Of a stretch of 64,000 bases of DNA, positions 58,276 through 64,000 are shown piece by piece. Numbering within the stretch: the first letter of the stretch is position 1; each line of letters begins with the position of its first letter. The stretch is from an uncultured Clostridia bacterium (GTDB taxonomy: Bacteria > Bacillota > Clostridia > TANB77 > CAG-508). The position numbers and the translations under genes are program-made. The notes below the pieces were generated by a model. It saw only the letters and a list, made by a program, of their open reading frames with translations. It ran no database searches and was not told the DNA's origin. Where the stretch lies: positions 12,322 to 76,321 of the forward strand of contig CALXCB010000002.1 in the NCBI GenBank assembly GCA_944386695.1. The letters are read 5' to 3'.

Positions 58276-61200
58276 TTAATTTTCTTCTACATTATCTTGT
58301 ATATTATTTTGCTCGTTATCTTGCTCATTTTGTACATTTTCTTGTGTATTTTCTTCCTCATTTTCTTTTATTTCATGTTTTTCTTCTTTTTCTTCTTCTA
58401 TTTTCTCTTCTTCTTTCTTTTCAGTACTTATATGTAAATCTTGATATTTTTTCATACCTGTTCCTGCAGGGATTAATTTACCAATAATTACATTTTCTTT
58501 AAGACCAACTAAATCATCTTCTTTTCCTTTTATTGCAGCTTCAGTAAGTACTCTTGTTGTCTCTTGGAATGATGCTGCAGATAAGAAACTATCTGTTGCA
58601 AGTGATGCTTTTGTTATTCCAAGTAAGATACGTTTTCCTTTTGCAGGTCTTAAACCTTGCTCTTCTGCTTTTGCATTTTTGTCTGCAAAATCATACATAT
58701 CTACTAATGTTCCTGGGAACATATCTGTATCACCATTATCTTCTACTCTTACTTTTTTAAGCATTTGTCTTGCTATTACTTCAATATGTTTGTCATTTAT
58801 ATCAACACCTTGGTTTCTATAAACTTTTTGAACTTCTGTTGTTAAATATTCAAATACTCCTTCTGGACCTTTAATAGCTAAAATATCTGCTGGATTTAAA
58901 GAACCTTCTATTAATGGATCTCCAGGTTCAACCATATCTCCATCTTTTACTTTCATTTTTGGTCCAAATGGTATTGTATATGATTTAGAAGCTGTATCTG
59001 ATGTAACAATTACTTCTTTTTTCTTTTTAGATTCTTTTACTTTTACTTTTCCTGCAATCTCTGTCATTACAGCTAATCCCTTTGGCTTACGTGCTTCAAA
59101 TAGCTCTTCAACTCTAGGAAGACCTTGAGTAATATCTGTACCAATAGCTCCTCCTGCGTGTTTTGTATTCATTGTAAGCTGTGTTCCAGGTTCACCAATT
59201 GATTGTGCTGCAACTATTCCTATTGTTTCACCGATCTCAACTTTATGATGTCTTGCCAAACTCATACCATAACATTTTTGACATACACCATGTTTTGAAT
59301 GACAACCAAGCACTGAACGTACTTCTACTTTTTCTATTCCTGCTTCTACTATTTTGTCTGCTAAATTATCATTAATCATAGTGTTTGTATCTACTATTAT
59401 TTCATTTGTTTCAGGATTTACAATATCTCTTACAGGATACCTTCCTACTAGTCTTTCTTGCATTGGTTCAATTAGTTGATTTCCATCTTTAATATCATAT
59501 ACATATAATCCTTCGTTTGAACCACAATCTTCTTCTCTTACAATAATCTCTTGAGCAACATCTACTAGTCTTCTTGTTAAGTATCCAGAGTCTGCTGTTC
59601 TTAAAGCTGTATCTGCAAGTCCTTTACGTGCTTGGTGAGAAGATATAAAGTATTCTAGTGCATCTAGACCTTCAGCGAAACAAGATTTGATTGGTATTTC
59701 TATAACTTTACCTGTAGTTCCTGCCATAAGTCCTCTCATACCTGCTGATTGTCTTAATTGGTTTATATTACCACGAGCTCCTGATTCAACCATTAAGTTA
59801 ATTGGATTCAAAGGCTCTAAGTTATCCTCTAAGGCTTTTCCAACTTCTATAGTTGCTTTATTCCAAATATCAACTACAGCTTTGTAACGTTCATCTTCTG
59901 TAATCAAACCTCTTCTATACTGCTTTCTTACAACTTCGATCTGTTCCTCAGCTTTTGCCAAAATCTCTTTCTTTTCTTTTGGAACTTTTACATCTTCCAT
60001 AGAATATGTAAGTCCAGATTTTGTAGCATACTTAAATCCTTTTTCTTTTACATTATCTAGAACTTCTGCAGATACTGATAATCCATGAACTTTTATACAT
60101 CTATTTATTATATCTCCTAGTTTTTTCTTATTAACAGGAAAATTAATTTCATATTGGAACATTTCATCTTCATTAGTTCTATCTATATATCCTAAATCTT
60201 GTGGAATTCCATCATTGTATAAAATTCTTCCAACAGTTGTCTCTATTTTTTTAGATTTAAGCTCTCCATTTATTTTTAATGTTCTTCTTACAAATATTTT
60301 TGCATGCATTCCAACACCTTTATTTTCATAAGCCATTATTGCTTCTTCTGGATCTTTGAAATATTTGCCTTCTCCAAGCTCTCCTGGAACTTCCATCGTT
60401 AAATAATATCCACCAAATACCATATCTATTGTTGGTACTGTTACTGTTTTACCATCCTGTGGTTTCAACAAATTATTTGTAGATAACATTAAAAATCTAG
60501 CTTCTGCTTGTGCCTCTGGTGATAATGGTAAATGTATAGCCATTTGATCTCCATCAAAATCTGCATTAAATGCTGTACAAACTAATGGATGAAGTTTTAT
60601 TGCTCTTCCTTCAACTAATACTGGCTCAAATGCTTGTATACCCAATCTATGTAATGTTGGTGCACGGTTTAACATTACTGGATGATCTTTAATAACCTCT
60701 TCCAATATTCCCCATACTTCTGGCTTTAATCTCTCTACCATACGTTTTGCACTTTTAATATTATGTGCCATACCTCTAGCTACTAGTTCTTTCATTACAA
60801 ATGGTTTGAATAATTCTATAGCCATTTCTTTTGGTACACCACATTGATATATTTTTAATTCTGGTCCTACTACTATAACTGAACGTCCAGAATAGTCAAC
60901 ACGCTTTCCTAATAAGTTTTGACGGAAACGTCCTTGCTTTCCTTTTAGCATATCAGAAAGTGATTTTAAAGCTCTTCCTCCAGCTCCTGTTACTGGTCTT
61001 CCACGTCTTGAGTTATCTATTAAAGCATCTACAGATTCTTGTAACATTCTTTTTTCGTTTCTTACTATTATTTCTGGTGCTTCTAACTCTAAAAGCCTTT
61101 TTAATCTATTATTTCTGTTTATAACTCTTCTATATAAATCATTTAAATCTGATGTTGCAAATCTACCACCATCTAGTTGTACCATTGGTCTTAAATCTGG

Positions 61201-61908
61201 TGGAATTACAGGAACAACATTCATTACCATCCATTCAGGTTTATTTCCTGAAATTCTAAATGACTCTACAGTATCTAATCTTTTTACTATTTTAGCCTTT
61301 TTTTGTTCACTAGCATTTTTTAATTCTTTTCTCAATTGTTGAGACAATTTATCTAAATCTACTTGTTCAAGAAGTGTTTTTATTGCTTCTGCTCCCATAG
61401 ATGCTTTAAATGAATCTTTTCCATATTTCTCAACAGCTTCATGATATTCTTTTTCTGTTAAGCATTGACATTTTTCTAATCCTGATGTCCCTTTATCTGT
61501 AACTATGTATAAAGCAAAGTATATAACTCTTTCTAGATTTCTAGGTGATATATCTAATATTAAAGCTATTCTACTTGGTATTCCTTTAAAATACCATATA
61601 TGTGCTACTGGAGCTGCAAGTTCAATATGTCCCATTCTTTCACGTCTAACTTTTGATTTTGTGACTTCAACTCCACATCTATCACATACTACACCTTTAT
61701 ATCTTACTCTTTTGTATTTTCCACAGTGACATTCCCAATCTTTTGTTGGTCCAAATATCCTTTCACAAAATAAACCATCTCTTTCTGGTTTTAATGTTCT
61801 ATAATTAATGGTTTCAGGTTTTTTTACTTCTCCTTTTGACCATTCTCTTATCTTTTCATCTGATGCAATCCCTATTTTTAACTTGTTAAATGTTTCTATT
61901 TCTTCCAT
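58276..61908 (-). CDS. rpoC: DNA-directed RNA polymerase subunit beta' (with acidic C-terminal extension)
   Basis: 1210 aa. Zn-binding [21 protein letters not shown]. Catalytic NADFDGDQM motif. Confidence 0.97.
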   Translation of the reverse strand: MEEIETFNKLKIGIASDEKIREWSKGEVKKPETINYRTLKPERDGLFCERIFGPTKDWECHCGKYKRVRYKGVVCDRCGVEVTKSKVRRERMGHIELAAPVAHIWYFKGIPSRIALILDISPRNLERVIYFALYIVTDKGTSGLEKCQCLTEKEYHEAVEKYGKDSFKASMGAEAIKTLLEQVDLDKLSQQLRKELKNASEQKKAKIVKRLDTVESFRISGNKPEWMVMNVVPVIPPDLRPMVQLDGGRFATSDLNDLYRRVINRNNRLKRLLELEAPEIIVRNEKRMLQESVDALIDNSRRGRPVTGAGGRALKSLSDMLKGKQGRFRQNLLGKRVDYSGRSVIVVGPELKIYQCGVPKEMAIELFKPFVMKELVARGMAHNIKSAKRMVERLKPEVWGILEEVIKDHPVMLNRAPTLHRLGIQAFEPVLVEGRAIKLHPLVCTAFNADFDGDQMAIHLPLSPEAQAEARFLMLSTNNLLKPQDGKTVTVPTIDMVFGGYYLTMEVPGELGEGKYFKDPEEAIMAYENKGVGMHAKIFVRRTLKINGELKSKKIETTVGRILYNDGIPQDLGYIDRTNEDEMFQYEINFPVNKKKLGDIINRCIKVHGLSVSAEVLDNVKEKGFKYATKSGLTYSMEDVKVPKEKKEILAKAEEQIEVVRKQYRRGLITEDERYKAVVDIWNKATIEVGKALEDNLEPLNPINLMVESGARGNINQLRQSAGMRGLMAGTTGKVIEIPIKSCFAEGLDALEYFISSHQARKGLADTALRTADSGYLTRRLVDVAQEIIVREEDCGSNEGLYVYDIKDGNQLIEPMQERLVGRYPVRDIVNPETNEIIVDTNTMINDNLADKIVEAGIEKVEVRSVLGCHSKHGVCQKCYGMSLARHHKVEIGETIGIVAAQSIGEPGTQLTMNTKHAGGAIGTDITQGLPRVEELFEARKPKGLAVMTEIAGKVKVKESKKKKEVIVTSDTASKSYTIPFGPKMKVKDGDMVEPGDPLIEGSLNPADILAIKGPEGVFEYLTTEVQKVYRNQGVDINDKHIEVIARQMLKKVRVEDNGDTDMFPGTLVDMYDFADKNAKAEEQGLRPAKGKRILLGITKASLATDSFLSAASFQETTRVLTEAAIKGKEDDLVGLKENVIIGKLIPAGTGMKKYQDLHISTEKKEEEKIEEEKEEKHEIKENEEENTQENVQNEQDNEQNNIQDNVEEN

Positions 61909-61954
61909 TTACCTTCAGATTACTCCTTTCTTTTTGAGATTATCTCTTTTAAAA

Positions 61955-64000
61955 CTATTCATCAATGTCAAAATCATTATCTAGATTATCATCTGCTAAA
62001 TCTTCATTACCAAAAATTCCATTCTCATCATCATCTTCTGTTATATCATCAAATAAATTATCATTATCTTGATAATCATCATCTTCCATCATATCAGTTT
62101 CTGATTCAACATAGCCTTCTGATAACTCATCATTTACAATAACATCTTCTTTTTCTCCGCTTACCATTTTTTTGTTTTCTTCTAAATTAAAGTCAACTGC
62201 GTCTTCTATATTTTCCTTTAATTCTAATTCTTTTTCATTATTGTAAAGTCTGACATCTAGTCCTAAAGATTGTAATTCCTTTATAAGGACTTTAAATCCT
62301 TCAGGTATTCCTGGTTTTGGTATGTTTTCGCCTTTTACAATTGCTTCATATGTTTTAACACGACCAACAACATCATCCGATTTTACTGTTAACATTTCTT
62401 GTAAAGTATATGCTGCTCCATAAGCTTCTAATGCCCAAACTTCCATCTCTCCAAAACGTTGTCCTCCGAATTGAGCTTTTCCTCCAAGTGGTTGTTGAGT
62501 AACTAATGAATATGGTCCTGTAGAACGAGCATGTATTTTGTCATCTACTAAATGGTGAAGTTTTAACATATATTGAACTCCAACTGTTACCGGTTTATCA
62601 AATGGTTCTCCTGTTCTTCCATCATATAAAATAGTTTTTCCGTCAGGAGAAAGTCCTGTTTCTATTAATAGTTGTTCGATTTCTTCTTGGTTTGCTCCAT
62701 CAAATACAGGAGTTGATATCTTCCAACCACGTTCTCTTGCTACCATTCCTAAATGTACTTCTAGTATTTGACCTAAGTTCATACGAGAAGGTACACCTAA
62801 TGGGTTTAGTAAAATATCTATTGGTGTTCCATCTGGCATAAATGGCATATCTTCAACTGGTAATATTCTTGATACAACACCTTTGTTTCCGTGTCTTCCT
62901 GCCATTTTATCTCCAACAGAAATTTTTCTTTTTGTTGCTATGTAACATCTTATTACTTGTTGTACTCCTGGTGCTAATTCATCAGAATTTTCTCTTGTAA
63001 ATATTTTTACATCAACAACTGTTCCTGCTTCACCATGAGGCACTTTAAGTGATGTGTCTCTAACTTCTCTTGCTTTTTCACCAAAAATTGCACGTAATAA
63101 TCTTTCTTCGGCTGTAAGTTCTGTTTCTCCTTTTGGAGTAACTTTTCCTACTAATATATCTCCTGGTCTTACTTCTGCACCTATTCTTATAATACCATTT
63201 TCGTCTAGATCTTTTAATCCGTCATCTCCAACATTTGGAATATCCCTTGTTATTTCTTCTGCTCCTAGTTTTGTATCTCGACATTCACATTCATATTCTT
63301 CTATATGTATTGATGTAAATACATCTTCTTTTACTAATCTTTCACTAAGTAGTATAGCATCTTCGTAATTATATCCTTCCCAAGTTGAAAATGCTATTAG
63401 TACATTTTTTCCAAGAGCCATTTCGCCATTTTGTGTTGATGGCCCATCTGCTATAGCATTTCCTTTTTTTACTTTTTCGCCTTTCTTTACAATTGGTTTT
63501 TGATTAATACAAGTTCCACCATTTGTTCTTTTGAATTTACGAAGTTTATGTACTACTGTTTTTCCATTTTTATATTTTACTGTAATTGTATCTGATGTTA
63601 CTTTTTCTACAACACCATCATCTTCTGCTAATAGTAGTATTCCTGAATCTTTAGCAGCTCTATATTCTATACCTGTTCCTATCATTGGACTATCTGTAAT
63701 CATAAGAGGAACAGCTTGTCTTTGCATGTTGGCACCCATTAAGGCACGTTTTGCATCATCATGCTCTAAGAATGGTATCATAGCTGCTGCAATTGATACA
63801 AGTTGTTTTGGAGATACGTCCATATATTGAACTTTATCTTTTTCAACTTCTATAATTTCGTTTTTATGTCTTACTTTTATTCTGTCATGTACAAATGTAC
63901 CATCTTCGTTTAAAGGCTCTGATGCCTCTGCAATGAATAATTTGTCTTCTTCTCCAGCACTCATGTTTTCTACTATATCTGTTACTTTATGTGTTTCTGG
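61955..64000 (-). CDS. rpoB: DNA-directed RNA polymerase subunit beta, 3' portion (the gene continues beyond the window end); acidic C-terminal tail
   Basis: The ORF is open to the window edge. The C-terminal half of RpoB is recognisable (..[24 protein letters not shown]..). Directly upstream of rpoC. Confidence 0.95.
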   Translation of the reverse strand, partial: PETHKVTDIVENMSAGEEDKLFIAEASEPLNEDGTFVHDRIKVRHKNEIIEVEKDKVQYMDVSPKQLVSIAAAMIPFLEHDDAKRALMGANMQRQAVPLMITDSPMIGTGIEYRAAKDSGILLLAEDDGVVEKVTSDTITVKYKNGKTVVHKLRKFKRTNGGTCINQKPIVKKGEKVKKGNAIADGPSTQNGEMALGKNVLIAFSTWEGYNYEDAILLSERLVKEDVFTSIHIEEYECECRDTKLGAEEITRDIPNVGDDGLKDLDENGIIRIGAEVRPGDILVGKVTPKGETELTAEERLLRAIFGEKAREVRDTSLKVPHGEAGTVVDVKIFTRENSDELAPGVQQVIRCYIATKRKISVGDKMAGRHGNKGVVSRILPVEDMPFMPDGTPIDILLNPLGVPSRMNLGQILEVHLGMVARERGWKISTPVFDGANQEEIEQLLIETGLSPDGKTILYDGRTGEPFDKPVTVGVQYMLKLHHLVDDKIHARSTGPYSLVTQQPLGGKAQFGGQRFGEMEVWALEAYGAAYTLQEMLTVKSDDVVGRVKTYEAIVKGENIPKPGIPEGFKVLIKELQSLGLDVRLYNNEKELELKENIEDAVDFNLEENKKMVSGEKEDVIVNDELSEGYVESETDMMEDDDYQDNDNLFDDITEDDDENGIFGNEDLADDNLDNDFDIDE

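Overview
AT-rich (~27% GC) low-GC Firmicute (Clostridia/Tissierellia-like) chromosomal window. Most genes are housekeeping and lie on the minus strand. In order they are gpsA, plsY, murA, comFC, radA, clpX, clpP, tig, rpmB (+), an orphan histidine kinase, murG, ftsW, mraY, murE, spoVT-like, a radical-SAM protein, rpoZ, remA, tRNA-Glu, scpA, pnp, rpsO, pyrD/pyrK/pyrF, serS (+), engB (+), uvrB, a flavodiiron protein, a NUDIX hydrolase, a cyclophilin, addA, uvrC, hpt, the glmS ribozyme plus glmS (+), a PLP-dependent enzyme, two LPXTG-anchored proteases, rpoC and the 3' part of rpoB. Several things are not housekeeping. (1) A three-gene insert of KAP-family P-loop NTPase, an uncharacterised 338-aa protein and an alpha/beta hydrolase sits between comFC and murA; it is my best candidate for an undescribed accessory or defence module. 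(2) A family of compound palindromic elements sits directly after stop codons at four loci and shows compensatory arm changes. (3) A ~400-bp imperfect palindrome with perfect 43-bp termini lies upstream of serS. (4) A conserved ~40-nt leader motif abuts the start codons of murG, hpt and the PLP-enzyme gene. (5) Two compositionally foreign, higher-GC islets are present. (6) An Rpn/YhgA-like nuclease gene with 24-bp tandem repeats occupies the position where addB is expected. (7) There are at least seven single-base frameshifts in conserved genes (radA, ftsW x2, mraY, uvrB, probably comFC, and a membrane gene). Five of them are an extra C just 5' of a GGA/GGC glycine codon, which looks more like systematic sequencing error than real gene decay. 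No CRISPR array, rRNA or obvious IS/transposase ORF was found.
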